Source of the DNA: Candidatus Planktophila sp.
Lineage (GTDB): Bacteria; Actinomycetota; Actinomycetes; Nanopelagicales; Nanopelagicaceae
Direction: 5' to 3'
Assembly: GCA_044348405.1 (NCBI GenBank)
Contig: JBIKSX010000001.1
Span: forward strand, 28,328-92,327
DNA length: 64,000 nucleotides
Both the position numbers and the translations under genes were made by a program. Numbering within the stretch: position 1 is the stretch's first letter; each line of letters opens with the position of its first letter. Positions 22,390 to 33,884 of the stretch are shown in pieces. The notes beneath the pieces are model-generated. The model saw nothing but the letters and a program-made list of their open reading frames with translations, was not told the DNA's origin and did not search any database.

Positions 22390-23405
22390 TCTGCTGCCTT
22401 TCCTGGAAGCGGTTTTTCACGCTTCTTTCGTGGTAGCAAGCCATCTGGACGCAGGTTCATCATGATTACGAGAACCGCGCCAAAAACCAAAAGTCTTGCA
22501 TCGGAGAGAAAACGAATTCGATCTGGAAGGTAACCCAGAATCACTGCACCCAGGATTACACCCCAGATATTTCCCATACCGCCGAAAACCACACACGCAA
22601 GAATCAAAATTGAAACCTGGAGCGTGAAGTTATCGGGCGAAATAAAGAGAGTTTTTGAAGCGTAGAGCACACCTGCTGCGCCACCTACTGAAGCACCTAA
22701 CACGAATGCCCAAATCTTGTACTTAAATGTTGGTACACCCATTAATTCGGCAGCATCTTCATCCTGGCGGATTGATTCCCACGCACGCCCTGGACGTCTG
22801 GCAGAAAGGCGGCGAATCATCCAGATTGTAAGAAGAATGATGATTAAGAAGGTCCAAAAATACAGTCTGTGATTATCAAAGGTGTACTCCAAACCGAAGA
22901 TCGTAGGCGGTGTTGGCACACCAACAATTCCGTTAGCTCCACCGATTGAATTCAAATTCAAGGCAGTGATGCGAACGATCTCACCAAAACCTAAGGTGAT
23001 GATCGCCAAGTAATCTCCACGCAAGCGCAGCGCTGGAACTCCAAGGATTAAGCCGGCAAACATGGCCATGGCAATACCAATTGGAAGGATCTCCCAAGTA
23101 TTTAATCCAGTCTTAGTTCCGAGTAAGCCCATTGTGTATGCGCCAATAGCAAAGAAGGCCACATACCCAAGATCCAAAAGACCGCTCTTACCGATAACGA
23201 TATTTAGACCAAGGGCCATGATTACGAAGATTGCAATAGGGAAAACCAAAACAGAGCCGTAATCAGCAATTGGCGTGTTAAGGAAAGTTCCACCCAAGAA
23301 TGGCAACGAAGCTGCCATTGCGATAGCTCCCAACGCGATTAAAACGCGTACAGGTCTACCTGAGCGCGCCCAAAAATCAGCTCCAGCATCTCTTAGATTT
23401 ATCAT
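22386..23405 (-). CDS. livM: Branched-chain amino acid ABC transporter permease
   Basis: GLLDLGYVAFFAIGAY, LRLRGDYLAIITLGFGEI. Confidence 0.94.
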   Translation of the reverse strand: MINLRDAGADFWARSGRPVRVLIALGAIAMAASLPFLGGTFLNTPIADYGSVLVFPIAIFVIMALGLNIVIGKSGLLDLGYVAFFAIGAYTMGLLGTKTGLNTWEILPIGIAMAMFAGLILGVPALRLRGDYLAIITLGFGEIVRITALNLNSIGGANGIVGVPTPPTIFGLEYTFDNHRLYFWTFLIIILLTIWMIRRLSARRPGRAWESIRQDEDAAELMGVPTFKYKIWAFVLGASVGGAAGVLYASKTLFISPDNFTLQVSILILACVVFGGMGNIWGVILGAVILGYLPDRIRFLSDARLLVFGAVLVIMMNLRPDGLLPRKKREKPLPGKAAE

Positions 23406-24356
23406 CTAGGCCCTCGATTGTGTGATCGCTTCGCCGAACACACCATTCGGCCTGAAGTAAAGAACAATAACCAGAATCACGAAAACCGTAACCGCTTTCC
23501 ATTGAGTACCAAGGAAGAATGAAGCATAGGTTTCAATCAAGCCAAGGCCGATTCCACCGTAGAAAGCTCCCTTGATATTTCCGATACCACCCAAGATCGC
23601 AGCAGTAAATGCGGCAATACCGAGTTCAAAACCAATATTAAATGCAGTGTTCTCATACTTGAGAATGTAGAAGAAGCCTGCCGCACCAGTCATTAAGCCA
23701 CCGATTAAGAAGGTTCCAGAAACCACTAAATTGAGATTAACGCCCATTAAACGTGAAGCATCTTCATTCATGGATACCGCGCGAATAGCTTTTCCAAGAC
23801 GTGTTCGCTTTACGAACTGACTCAAGAGAATAAACAGCACCAAACCTGAGACAACAATGATTACGTTGTCTAATCTCAATTCCAGACCAAATGGTGCTGC
23901 CAAGGTCTTCTTTTCCATAACGCGTGGACTACCGACGTATCGTGAATCAGTCAGAATACGCATGAACTCTGCAAGAACGATTGACATTCCAATCGCAGAA
24001 ATCAGCGGAGCTAATTTATTGGAGCCTTTGTTTCGCAATCTGCGATAAGCCACAAGTTCGAGCAGGACTGAAAGAATTCCTGACATAAACATCGAACCGA
24101 GCAAACAAAGGAAGAGGATCCAGACCAGGCGTACGCCTGTTGCTGGCTCTGATTGCTGGGTGAAACCAAATACATCTCTAACAATCAGAATAGAAGCGAA
24201 AGTTCCATACATGAAAATTTCAGAGTTTGCGAAGTTAATCATACGAAGAACTCCGTAAACCATGGTGTAACCCAGAGCAATCATCACGTAGATGAAACCT
24301 AAGCTAAGACCACCTACCGTCAATGCAGGAAATTGATCTTGAAAATTACTTAACAC
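23406..24356 (-). CDS. livH: Branched-chain amino acid ABC transporter permease
   Basis: ALGYTMVYGVLRMINFA, GKAIRAVS, AAILGGIG; start set at GTG 24356. Confidence 0.94.
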   Translation of the reverse strand: MLSNFQDQFPALTVGGLSLGFIYVMIALGYTMVYGVLRMINFANSEIFMYGTFASILIVRDVFGFTQQSEPATGVRLVWILFLCLLGSMFMSGILSVLLELVAYRRLRNKGSNKLAPLISAIGMSIVLAEFMRILTDSRYVGSPRVMEKKTLAAPFGLELRLDNVIIVVSGLVLFILLSQFVKRTRLGKAIRAVSMNEDASRLMGVNLNLVVSGTFLIGGLMTGAAGFFYILKYENTAFNIGFELGIAAFTAAILGGIGNIKGAFYGGIGLGLIETYASFFLGTQWKAVTVFVILVIVLYFRPNGVFGEAITQSRA

Positions 24357-24402
24357 AGCGCCGCTTTCTGATTGTGTGTTGCAAGTCAACAAAAATTAAG
24401 TG

Positions 24403-24436
24403 CGCAGCACCTGGTAATTTCTTACCAGGTGCTGCG
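24403..24436 (-). terminator. Perfect 15-bp hairpin between livK and livH
   Basis: CGCAGCACCTGGTAA-4nt loop-TTACCAGGTGCTGCG; T-rich tract a few nt downstream on the minus strand. Confidence 0.8.
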
Positions 24437-24473
24437 TGTACAGCTATTTACTTAGTCAGAGACTAAATAATTA

Positions 24474-25616
24474 TTACTTTACGCCACCTGTGTACTTGAT
24501 AGCACCAGACTTGATTTCAAATCCGTTCATTACGCCACCGGCAGTATCACCATTGCGGTCGAATGAAAGTGGGCTACCTGAAATCGACTTGCCCTTGTAT
24601 GCCTTTACGCACTTCAACATTGCTGGACGTGTTGAAACGCCCTTAGCGATGCAGCTTAGGAATACGTTTGCAGCATCAATTGATTCTGCTGCGTATGTGC
24701 CTGAAGAAACCTTCATTCTCTTCTTGAAGTCTGCTTCGATCTTTGGGTCGATCTCTGATAGAGGAACAGTTCCTGCTGTCAGACGAACGCCTTCAAGGAT
24801 TGATGCGCTTGCAAGTGTCAAGATTCCTGGGCTTAGAACTCCGTCGCCACCAGCAAGGATGCCTGTGTAGCCAGAGTCACGTAGCTGACGGTAAAGAGTT
24901 GCAGCCTGTGCGTAGTAACCAGTGAAGATAACTACGTTAGCTCCTGCTGTCTTTACCTTTGAGATTGATGCAGACCAGTCAGTTGTCTTGTCTGGAACGC
25001 TGTCTTGTCCAGCAAGAACTGCGCCACCAAGCTTCATGTACTCAACAAGACCAACACCGTATGGTGACTGATCGTCAATTACGAATACCTTTGGTGATGA
25101 AACGCCCTTTGTTGCTAGCTTGTAAAGAGCTGGACCCTGTACACGATCTGTTACAGGAATACGGTGGAACACAGGGAAACCAATTAGGCCCTGTGCTGGA
25201 TCAGTAATTGATACACGTGTTGCTGATGGTGAGATCAATGGAAGGTTTGTCTGCTTGTAGAAAGGTAGAGATGCAATTGTTGCACCTGAGTAAGCAGGTC
25301 CTACTAGACCGATGATCTTCTTGTTTGATGCAGTTCCAGGAGCAACCTTTGCTGCTTCTGTTCCGCTTCCTTGGTCATCAACTTCAACGATGTTTACCTG
25401 GATCTTGCCCTTGTTCTTTGCATTGAACAAAGCAACTGCGTACTTAACGCCGTTAAGCTCATCGATACCAACCTGAGCTTCTTCACCAGTTAGTGGGCCT
25501 TGAAATGCGATAGTTGCGATACGTGCTTTAGCGTTTGCTGCTGGAGCCACTGCGAAAGTGGTTCCGACAGCAAGTGCAATCACGGCGCTAACTGAAACTA
25601 ACTTGTAGTTCTTCAT
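24474..25616 (-). CDS. livK: Branched-chain amino acid ABC transporter substrate-binding protein
   Basis: GPLTG, VDDQ, GPAYSGAT, ISPSAT, DDQSPYGVGL; N-terminal signal peptide; heads the liv operon. Confidence 0.9.
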   Translation of the reverse strand: MKNYKLVSVSAVIALAVGTTFAVAPAANAKARIATIAFQGPLTGEEAQVGIDELNGVKYAVALFNAKNKGKIQVNIVEVDDQGSGTEAAKVAPGTASNKKIIGLVGPAYSGATIASLPFYKQTNLPLISPSATRVSITDPAQGLIGFPVFHRIPVTDRVQGPALYKLATKGVSSPKVFVIDDQSPYGVGLVEYMKLGGAVLAGQDSVPDKTTDWSASISKVKTAGANVVIFTGYYAQAATLYRQLRDSGYTGILAGGDGVLSPGILTLASASILEGVRLTAGTVPLSEIDPKIEADFKKRMKVSSGTYAAESIDAANVFLSCIAKGVSTRPAMLKCVKAYKGKSISGSPLSFDRNGDTAGGVMNGFEIKSGAIKYTGGVK

Positions 25617-25639
25617 ATGTAGTGCCTTTCCTGTTCTTG

Positions 25640-25729
25640 TGTCCCGGGACAGGGAGGCTGAAAGAGTAATGGTTGGGGTGAGGGTAGGACAAGGTGTAGT
25701 TACGCCTAAAAATGTCTCGGTTTCGTTAT
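25640..25729 (-). promoter_or_regulatory. livK promoter with downstream 12-bp palindrome and upstream GlnR-like site
   Basis: TTGTCC(25692-25687)-18nt-TACTCT(25668-25663); TGTCCCGGGACA at 25640-25651; ATAAC-N6-GAGAC at 25729-25714. Confidence 0.45.
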
Positions 25730-25770
25730 AAATGGGATGGTGGTATCAATTATTGAGACAGGGCCATACC

Positions 25771-26346
25771 TTATTTATCGGGAACCGCGTTGGGGTTAAC
25801 TACCGCCTCGGCGACCTCTTTCATGGTCAAGCGACGATCCATGGCAGCTCGCTGAATCCAAGAAAAAGCTTCGGGTTCGGAAAGGTTTAAGGCCTTCATC
25901 AATAATCCCTTAGCTCTATCAATTAGCTTTCTAGTTTCAAGTCGGTCGTGAAGATCTGCGACTTCGGCAGCTAAAGATTTCATCTGGGTGTGACGACTAA
26001 TTGCGATTTCAATCGCTGGCATTAAGTCGCCAATAGTAAATGGTTTAACAACATAGGCCATTACTCCGGCATCGCGTGCGCGATCGACAAGCTCTTTCTG
26101 AGAATAAGCGGTGAGCATCAACACGGGAGCTATCTCAATGATTTTTTCTGCCGCTGAAATTCCATCAAGGACCGGCATCTTGACATCAAGAATTGCTAAA
26201 TCCGGAGTGTGCAACGCTGCTAGATCGATTGCTTCTTGACCGTTTGTTGCTTGAGCAACAACTTGATAACCAGCTGCTTGCAACATTTCTACAAGATCCA
26301 TGCGAATTAAGGTTTCATCCTCAGCAACCAGAATGCGAACGGTCAT
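25771..26346 (-). CDS. ANTAR-domain response regulator (PdtaR/Rv1626-like)
   Basis: Receiver domain (AEDE, ILDVKMP, KPF) plus ANTAR (RKLIDRAKGLLM..EAFSWIQRAAMDRR). Confidence 0.93.
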   Translation of the reverse strand: MTVRILVAEDETLIRMDLVEMLQAAGYQVVAQATNGQEAIDLAALHTPDLAILDVKMPVLDGISAAEKIIEIAPVLMLTAYSQKELVDRARDAGVMAYVVKPFTIGDLMPAIEIAISRHTQMKSLAAEVADLHDRLETRKLIDRAKGLLMKALNLSEPEAFSWIQRAAMDRRLTMKEVAEAVVNPNAVPDK

Positions 26347-26381
26347 GATCGATTGATCCCTTTCAGAATTCATACAGTGCG

Positions 26382-26454
26382 TGCCCCGAGTCGGATTCGA
26401 ACCGACACTATGCAGTGTTTGAGACTGCCCTCTCTACCGTTGGAGTACCGAGGC
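26382..26454 (-). tRNA. tRNA-Leu(CAA), short variable loop, CCA not encoded
   Basis: Cloverleaf GCCTCGG/TCGGGGC acceptor, GCAGT-CTCAAAC-ACTGC anticodon arm, GTCGG-TTCGAAT-CCGAC T arm, discriminator A. Confidence 0.93.
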
Positions 26455-26470
26455 TCTTGATGAAGCAATC

Positions 26471-27910
26471 TTAGCGGTAAGCAGCAACCACTCCGCCAAC
26501 GGCATCTCCCACAACGTGAACGCGCATTGCATTGGTTGAGCCAGGAATTCCCGGAGGCGATCCCGCAACGATGACTACGTTTTCGCCAATGTGAGCACGG
26601 CCGGACTCAATTAATAAAGTGTCGGCTTGCTTAACCATTTCATCGGTGTGCTTCACCATTGGAGTTACTTCTGGTTCAACTCCCCATGACAATGCCAAGC
26701 GGTTATACGTTCCGATTTCTGGTGTGAAGGCAACGATAGGAATAGGTGAGCGAAGACGGGCCATGCGGCGAGCCGAATCCCCTGATTGAGTGAAAGTAAC
26801 TAAGTACTTTGCACCAACAATTGCGCCTACTTCAGCTGCAGCACGAGTGATCGCGCCACCTTTTGTCTTGGGAGTTGTGCGCAATGCGCGAATCATTTCA
26901 AAACCGCCCTCTTCGGTACGGGCGATGATGCGAGCCATTGTTGCAACCGCTTCGATTGCGAATGCTCCAACAGATGTTTCACCTGACAACATCAATGCAT
27001 CTGCGCCATCTAGCACCGCATTGGCACAATCTGTAGCTTCGGCGCGAGTTGGTGAAGAGTTTGTGATCATCGAATCAAGCATTTGAGTTGCAACAATGAC
27101 CGGCTTAGCTGCTTCACGTGCTAATTCAATACAGCGCTTCTGCACTAGTGGTACTTCCTCAATTGGCATCTCTACACCAAGATCACCACGGGCAACCATG
27201 ATGCCATCAAAGGCGGCGACAATTTCTTCAAGATTATCTACAGCTTGTGGCTTTTCAATTTTTGCAATTACTGGAATGCGAAAACCAATTTCATCCATGA
27301 TGTGGTGGACATCTGCAATGTCGGCAGCGTTTCGGACAAATGAAAGTGCAATAAAATCTGCACCAGCTTTCATTCCCCAACGCAAATCCTCTTCATCTTT
27401 TTTAGAAAGCGCTGGAACCGAAACCGCTACACCCGGAAGATTTATTCCCTTGTTATTACTTACAGCACCTGGCTGAATAACCTTTGTAACTACATCGTTG
27501 CCTTTAACTTCGACAACTTGGACAGTTACTTTTCCATCATCTATGAGAATACGATCTCCTGGCTTGCAATCTCCTGGTAAACCTTTGTACGTCGTGCCAA
27601 CGCGATCTTTGGTGCCTTCAACTTCATCAGTTGTTATTGTGAAGATATGGTCACGTTCTAATTCATGTGGACCATTAGCAAATCGCGCCAGACGAATCTT
27701 TGGACCTTGAAGATCAACCAGAATTGCGACTGGCTTTCCTGCAGCTTTAGCTGCATCGCGCACACGATCAAGGCGACTTTGATGCTCTTCATAGCCTCCG
27801 TGAGAAAGGTTCAAGCGCGCCATATTCATGCCAGCGTCAATGAGTTCCTTTACTTTTTCGACAGATTCAACGGCAGGACCCATGGTGCACACAATTTTCG
27901 CTCTACGCAT
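26471..27910 (-). CDS. pyk: Pyruvate kinase
   Basis: KIVCTMGP, RLNLSHG, DLQGPKIR, MVARGDLGVE, ATQMLDSM, MLSGET. Confidence 0.99.
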   Translation of the reverse strand: MRRAKIVCTMGPAVESVEKVKELIDAGMNMARLNLSHGGYEEHQSRLDRVRDAAKAAGKPVAILVDLQGPKIRLARFANGPHELERDHIFTITTDEVEGTKDRVGTTYKGLPGDCKPGDRILIDDGKVTVQVVEVKGNDVVTKVIQPGAVSNNKGINLPGVAVSVPALSKKDEEDLRWGMKAGADFIALSFVRNAADIADVHHIMDEIGFRIPVIAKIEKPQAVDNLEEIVAAFDGIMVARGDLGVEMPIEEVPLVQKRCIELAREAAKPVIVATQMLDSMITNSSPTRAEATDCANAVLDGADALMLSGETSVGAFAIEAVATMARIIARTEEGGFEMIRALRTTPKTKGGAITRAAAEVGAIVGAKYLVTFTQSGDSARRMARLRSPIPIVAFTPEIGTYNRLALSWGVEPEVTPMVKHTDEMVKQADTLLIESGRAHIGENVVIVAGSPPGIPGSTNAMRVHVVGDAVGGVVAAYR

Positions 27911-27919
27911 GTATGTACC

Positions 27920-29374
27920 TTAAACCATTAATGGACGGTCAGTTGGCGCTATCGGTGAAGGAAGTTGCGTACGTCCAGTGAGATATCTATCTACGGAAGC
28001 TGCTGCACTTCTGCCTTCAGCAATTGCCCATACGATTAGTGACTGTCCACGACCTGCATCACCTGCCACGAAGATTCCTTCTTCTGTTGTTTGGAACTCT
28101 TTGTCCCGCTTGATGTTTCCACGCTCATCTAGTTCAACTTCTAGCTGAGCAATCAGAGAAGATTTTTCAGGACCTGTAAAGCCCATTGCCATGAAGACAA
28201 AGTCACATGGAATCTCTTTTTCAGATCCAGGCACAGCTTCAAACTTTCCATTGGCAAATTGAGTTTCGACAATCTTGATTGCACGCAGATTTCCTTGACC
28301 ATCTCCCAGGAACTCTTCTGTACTTACTGAAAACATCCGATTATCTTTTTCTTCGTGCGCGCTTGATACCCGATAAATCATCGGGTAAGTAGGCCACGGT
28401 TGGCCCGATGGACGTTCATCTGTTGGGCGTGGCATGATTTCTAGTTGAGTAACACTTGCTGCGCCCTGTCGAATAGATGTACCTAAGCAGTCCGCTCCAG
28501 TGTCTCCGCCACCAAGAATTACAACATGTTTTCCGGCAACGTTGATTGGTGGTGCTTCGACTTCACCTAAGGCTTGCTTGTTTCCCCATGGTAAAAACTC
28601 CATCGCTTGGTAAATGCCTTTAAGTTCGCGGCCCTTAATCGAAAGATCGCGCCACTGTGTAGATCCGACCGCCAAAACAACTGCGTCATACTTCTTTCGC
28701 AAATCTGAACCGGTTAATTCATTTCCAACGTCAACGCCTGGACGAAAACGAGTTCCCTCTTTTTCCATTTGCTCTAAACGTCGATCAAGTATGTGCTTTT
28801 CCATTTTAAACTCTGGAATTCCATAACGAAGCAACCCACCGATTTTGTCCGCACGTTCATAAACAGCAACTGTGTGCCCAGCACGAGTCAATTGCTGAGC
28901 TGCAGCAAGGCCTGCAGGGCCAGAACCAATGACGGCAACAGTCTTTCCAGTTAGGCGATCTGGAGCCAAAGGCTTTACATTTCCTGCACCAAAAGCTTCT
29001 TCAATAGTTCGTAGTTCAATTTGTTTAATCGTTACCGCATCGCGGTTAATGCCGACAACACATGCGGTTTCACATGGGGCAGGACACAGACGCCCAGTGA
29101 ATTCGGGAAAGTTATTGGTCGCATGTAGACGATCGATTGCTTCTTCCTTGTCACCGCGATACATCAAGTCATTCCATTCGGGAATGAGATTTCCTAGCGG
29201 GCACCCGTTGTGACAGAAAGGAATTCCGCAATCCATACAGCGACCGGCTTGCTTTTGTAGGTGTTCGAAACTTTGTGGCTCATAAACTTCTCGCCAGTCT
29301 TTGATGCGAACATCAACTGGACGGCGCTTTGGAGTTTCGCGAGGTGTAGTCATAAAACCTTTTGGATCAGCCAT
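27920..29374 (-). CDS. gltD: Glutamate synthase small subunit
   Basis: [16 protein letters not shown] Fe-S motifs; GSGPAG and GGGDTG nucleotide-binding motifs. Confidence 0.98.
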   Translation of the reverse strand: MADPKGFMTTPRETPKRRPVDVRIKDWREVYEPQSFEHLQKQAGRCMDCGIPFCHNGCPLGNLIPEWNDLMYRGDKEEAIDRLHATNNFPEFTGRLCPAPCETACVVGINRDAVTIKQIELRTIEEAFGAGNVKPLAPDRLTGKTVAVIGSGPAGLAAAQQLTRAGHTVAVYERADKIGGLLRYGIPEFKMEKHILDRRLEQMEKEGTRFRPGVDVGNELTGSDLRKKYDAVVLAVGSTQWRDLSIKGRELKGIYQAMEFLPWGNKQALGEVEAPPINVAGKHVVILGGGDTGADCLGTSIRQGAASVTQLEIMPRPTDERPSGQPWPTYPMIYRVSSAHEEKDNRMFSVSTEEFLGDGQGNLRAIKIVETQFANGKFEAVPGSEKEIPCDFVFMAMGFTGPEKSSLIAQLEVELDERGNIKRDKEFQTTEEGIFVAGDAGRGQSLIVWAIAEGRSAAASVDRYLTGRTQLPSPIAPTDRPLMV

Positions 29375-32300
29375 TTGCTGCAACCTCCATCACCAGAGCA
29401 TCAACCGGTAAACCTTCGCGTGTAGCTCGCTCCATCGCGGCAAGCACGCGCGCATAATCACGTGGCATGATTAATGAGATTCGAGCCAAGCTCTTCTCCC
29501 AATCTTTCAAAAGTGCGTTCGCAATTTCAGAACCAGTTTCAGCAAAGTACTTTGAAATGTGATCCTTCAGAATTTCTTTCTGATCTTGTGGAACTGCTAG
29601 GACGTCAACCATGTCTGCATTGACATTTGCAGTGTCAAGATCCAAAACAAACGCGCGTCCACCTGACATTCCCGCGGCAATATTGCGGCCAGTGCGGCCA
29701 AGTACAACGACGGTTCCTCCTGTCATGTATTCGCAACCGTGATCGCCAATGCCTTCAACAATTGCAAGAGCGCCAGAGTTGCGCACGCAGAAACGTTCGC
29801 CAACAATTCCTCGAATAAAGATTTCTCCAGCCGTAGCGCCGTAACCAATTACATTTCCTGCAATCACGTTGTCTTGTGAAGGGAAAGTTGCCTTTACATC
29901 CGGACGTACAACAACTCGTCCACCAGATATTCCCTTTCCAACGTAGTCGTTGGAATCTCCATATAAGCGAATCGTGACTCCACGGGGAATAAACGCACCT
30001 AATGATTGGCCTGCAGATCCATGCAAGGTCACATCAATGGTTCCAGCAGGCAATCCATCTGCGCCATATTTGCGAGTTACTTCAGCACCTAACATTGTTC
30101 CGACAGTACGGTTCACATTTCGTACAGGCAGATCAATTTTTACTAGTTCACCATTGGTTAATGCAGGTTGGGCAAGTTCGATCAATTGATTATCCAATGC
30201 TGCAGCTAATCCATGATCTTGCTTTGTTGTGTTGTGTAAAGCGCTATCAACATCTGGGCGCACCAACAAAGGTTCTAGGTTTAATCCAGATGCTTTCCAG
30301 TGGTCAACCGCTTTGCGCGTATCCAGGAATTCAACATGTCCAATAGCCTCTTGTAAGGTTCTAAATCCGAGTTGAGCCAAAATTTCCCGTACTTCTTCGG
30401 CGATGTATTCAAAGAAAGTTTCCACGAATTCTGGTTTTCCAGTGAACTTTTTACGAAGTTCTGGGTTTTGTGTTGCCACACCAACTGGGCATGTATCCAA
30501 GTGGCACACGCGCATCATGATGCAACCAGAAACAACTAGCGGCGCAGTTGCAAATCCATATTCTTCGGCACCTAGCAAAGCCGCAATTACAACATCGCGT
30601 CCGGTTTTTAACTGACCATCGGTCTGAACTACAATGCGATCTCGTAAACCATTGAGCAACAAGGTTTGCTGAGTTTCAGCTAGACCAAGTTCCCAAGGCG
30701 CACCGGCATGTTTAAGTGATGTCAACGGTGAAGCACCTGTTCCACCGTCGTGGCCGGAAATCAAAACAACATCTGCATGCGCCTTTGATACACCCGCTGC
30801 AACTGTTCCCACACCAACTTCGGCAACCAGCTTTACGTGAACTCGTGCGTTCTTATTGGCATTCTTAAGGTCATGGATAAGTTGTGCCAAGTCTTCAATT
30901 GAATAAATATCGTGATGTGGTGGTGGTGAGATCAATCCGACACCCGGGGTTGAATAGCGAGCCTTAGCAATCCATGGATAGACCTTGTTTCCAGGCAACT
31001 GTCCACCTTCACCAGGCTTTGCACCTTGCGATATTTTGATTTGAATATCATCACTGTTAACAAGGTAATTACTTGTTACACCAAAACGACCAGATGCAAC
31101 TTGCTTAATTGCAGAACGCTTCGAATCACCATTAGCCATTGGGATATTGCGTTCTACTTCTTCGCCGCCTTCGCCGGTGTTTGATTTTCCACCAAGTCGG
31201 TTCATTGCAATTGCCAGAGTTTCGTGGGCTTCAGCTGAGATTGAGCCGTAGGACATCGCACCCGTTGAAAAACGCTTGATGATTGCGCTAATTGGTTCTA
31301 CTTCATCAATAGAAATAGGTGGATTAGCTCCTTCTATAAATTGGAACAAGCCGCGAAGTGTCATTAAGCGCGCGCTTTGTTCATTGACTCGATCGGTGTA
31401 GCGCTTAAAAATGTCATAACGCTTATTACGCGTTGAATGTTGCAGCGTGAAAACAGTTTCTGGATCAAATAAGTGAGGTTCACCTTCACGACGCCATTGA
31501 TATTCCCCACCGATAGGTAAACGCTTCGTTCCTGGAACTTCTCCCCCAGGTGGATACGCGATGTGGTGGCGAGCGATTGTTTCTTGGGCGATCACATCTA
31601 GTGAAACTCCGCCAAGTCGTGATGTTGTTCCAACAAAGTACTCATCAACAACCTCTTGGGAAAGTCCAATTGCTTCAAATACTTGTGCGCCGGTATATGA
31701 AGCAATGGTGCTGATTCCCATCTTTGACATTACCTTTAAGACACCTTTACCAAGGCTCTTGATTAAATTCTTCACAGCCTTTTCGGGAGTGATTCCAGTG
31801 ATGACTCCTTGAAGAACAAGGTCTTCGGCCGATTCCATTGCAAGATATGGATTAACGCACGCTGCTCCGTAGCCAATAAGAAGTGCGACGTGGTGTACTT
31901 CGCGCACATCGCCAGCTTCGACAACAAGTCCAACTTTGGTGCGTGTCTTTTCGCGAATCAAGTGATGGTGAACTGCAGAGGTAAGCAATAGCGAAGGAAT
32001 CGGCGCATTTTCTGCATCACCATCACGATCAGATAAAACAATTATTCGTGCGCCATCTTTAATTGCTTGTGAAACTTCTACCTTGATCTCGTTAAGGCGA
32101 TCGCGCAACGAGTCTCCGCCATCAGCGATACTAAAGAGGCCACGGATTACGTGCGCAGATAAACCTGGATAGTCACCATCAGCATTGACGTGAATAATCT
32201 TTGCTAGTTCATCATTATCAATGACGGGAAACGCCAAGGAGATTTGGCGACAACTACTTGGACCAGGGTCTAGAAGATTGTGCTCTGGACCCATGGAAGT

Positions 32301-33884
32301 ACCAAGGCTCGTCACTAACTCTTCACGAATTGCATCTAGTGGTGGATTTGTAACTTGGGCAAAAAGTTGTGAGAAATAATCAAAAATTAATCGAGGCTTT
32401 TCAGAAAGTGCAGCGATTGGCGTATCGGTTCCCATTGATCCCAATGGCTCCATGCCATTTTTTGCCATTGGTGTCACCAAGATACGTAAATCTTCTTCGG
32501 TGTAACCAAAAGCTCTTTGACGACGAACAACGGATGAGTGTGGGTACACAATGTGTTCACGTGAAGGAAGATCGCTGAGCTTAACTATTCCTGCATGCAG
32601 CCAATCGCCATACGGTGCGGCATTTGCTAAACCATCTTTGATTTCACCATCTTCAATGATTCGTCCTTGTTCAATATCTACTAAGAACATCTTGCCAGGT
32701 TGTAAACGACCTTTACGCTCTACATTTTCCGCCGGAATATCTAATACGCCGACTTCGGATGCAAGAACAACCATTCCATCTTTAGTGACCCAAAAACGTG
32801 ATGGTCGCAAACCATTGCGATCTAGAACTGCACCTACTTGATGTCCATCTGTAAAAGTTACACATGCGGGACCATCCCAAGGCTCCATCATCGATGCATG
32901 GAATGCATAAAAATCACGACGGTTCTGCGGCATCGTTGCATGGTTTTCCCAAGCTTCTGGAATCATCATTAGCACTGCATGTGGAAGTGAACGTCCGCCC
33001 AGATACAAAAGTTCTAGAACCTCATCAAAAGATGCTGAATCCGAACCCGACATTTCAACAATTGGAAACAACCGCTTCAGATCGCCTGGGATCAACTCAC
33101 TTGCTAGCAATGATTCACGAGCGCGCATCCAATTACGATTTCCCTTAACAGTATTGATTTCACCGTTGTGGGCAATAAAACGATATGGGTGGGCTAGCGG
33201 CCATGACGGAAAAGTATTTGTGGAAAAACGAGAGTGAACCAAAGCAAGCGGAGAAACTACACGCTCATCGGAAAGTTCAGGAAAAAATTCTTCTAACTGT
33301 CCGGTTGTAAGCATTCCTTTGTAAACAATGGTCTGTGAGGACAGCGAAGGAAAATACAGATCCAAAGTGTGCTCAGCACGCTTTCGTAGGCAAAATGCCA
33401 GTCGGTCTAAGGCGATTCCGCTTTCGCCATTCTTGCCCGCAATAAATAGTTGTTGGAAATCTGGCATAACTGACAGCGCAGTTTTGCCAAGTGAAGATGA
33501 GTTAATCGGTACTTCGCGCCAACCCATAACTACTAGGCCTTCTTCATCTGCTATCCGCGCAATGTCAGCCTTTACATCTGCGCCCTTAGCAATAAAAGCA
33601 ATTCCAGTTGCATACGCATCTGCGGCAGGAAGTTTGAAATCTACGACAGCTTGGAAATAAGCATCTGGAATTCGAATAAGAATTCCTGCGCCATCACCGC
33701 TATCAGGTTCGGCACCTGATGCACCGCGGTGTTCCATATTGCGCAGCGCAGTTAGTGCTTGCGAAACAATCTCGTGTGTTGCCACCTTGTTGAGCGTGGC
33801 AACCATTGCAACACCGCAAGCATCATGTTCTGTGGCAGGGTCGTAGAGTCCCTGTGCTTGTGGATAATTGGATGCAAGTGCCAT
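29367..33884 (-). CDS. gltB: Glutamate synthase large subunit
   Basis: [45 protein letters not shown] repeats. Confidence 0.99.
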   Translation of the reverse strand: MALASNYPQAQGLYDPATEHDACGVAMVATLNKVATHEIVSQALTALRNMEHRGASGAEPDSGDGAGILIRIPDAYFQAVVDFKLPAADAYATGIAFIAKGADVKADIARIADEEGLVVMGWREVPINSSSLGKTALSVMPDFQQLFIAGKNGESGIALDRLAFCLRKRAEHTLDLYFPSLSSQTIVYKGMLTTGQLEEFFPELSDERVVSPLALVHSRFSTNTFPSWPLAHPYRFIAHNGEINTVKGNRNWMRARESLLASELIPGDLKRLFPIVEMSGSDSASFDEVLELLYLGGRSLPHAVLMMIPEAWENHATMPQNRRDFYAFHASMMEPWDGPACVTFTDGHQVGAVLDRNGLRPSRFWVTKDGMVVLASEVGVLDIPAENVERKGRLQPGKMFLVDIEQGRIIEDGEIKDGLANAAPYGDWLHAGIVKLSDLPSREHIVYPHSSVVRRQRAFGYTEEDLRILVTPMAKNGMEPLGSMGTDTPIAALSEKPRLIFDYFSQLFAQVTNPPLDAIREELVTSLGTSMGPEHNLLDPGPSSCRQISLAFPVIDNDELAKIIHVNADGDYPGLSAHVIRGLFSIADGGDSLRDRLNEIKVEVSQAIKDGARIIVLSDRDGDAENAPIPSLLLTSAVHHHLIREKTRTKVGLVVEAGDVREVHHVALLIGYGAACVNPYLAMESAEDLVLQGVITGITPEKAVKNLIKSLGKGVLKVMSKMGISTIASYTGAQVFEAIGLSQEVVDEYFVGTTSRLGGVSLDVIAQETIARHHIAYPPGGEVPGTKRLPIGGEYQWRREGEPHLFDPETVFTLQHSTRNKRYDIFKRYTDRVNEQSARLMTLRGLFQFIEGANPPISIDEVEPISAIIKRFSTGAMSYGSISAEAHETLAIAMNRLGGKSNTGEGGEEVERNIPMANGDSKRSAIKQVASGRFGVTSNYLVNSDDIQIKISQGAKPGEGGQLPGNKVYPWIAKARYSTPGVGLISPPPHHDIYSIEDLAQLIHDLKNANKNARVHVKLVAEVGVGTVAAGVSKAHADVVLISGHDGGTGASPLTSLKHAGAPWELGLAETQQTLLLNGLRDRIVVQTDGQLKTGRDVVIAALLGAEEYGFATAPLVVSGCIMMRVCHLDTCPVGVATQNPELRKKFTGKPEFVETFFEYIAEEVREILAQLGFRTLQEAIGHVEFLDTRKAVDHWKASGLNLEPLLVRPDVDSALHNTTKQDHGLAAALDNQLIELAQPALTNGELVKIDLPVRNVNRTVGTMLGAEVTRKYGADGLPAGTIDVTLHGSAGQSLGAFIPRGVTIRLYGDSNDYVGKGISGGRVVVRPDVKATFPSQDNVIAGNVIGYGATAGEIFIRGIVGERFCVRNSGALAIVEGIGDHGCEYMTGGTVVVLGRTGRNIAAGMSGGRAFVLDLDTANVNADMVDVLAVPQDQKEILKDHISKYFAETGSEIANALLKDWEKSLARISLIMPRDYARVLAAMERATREGLPVDALVMEVAANG

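Noticed and set aside
25617-25660. ANTAR dual-hairpin target in the livK leader
   Set aside because: I could not find two tandem stems with hexaloops carrying G at positions 1 and 4
26382-26454. tRNA as an integration site
   Set aside because: No duplicated 3' end or integrase seen in the window
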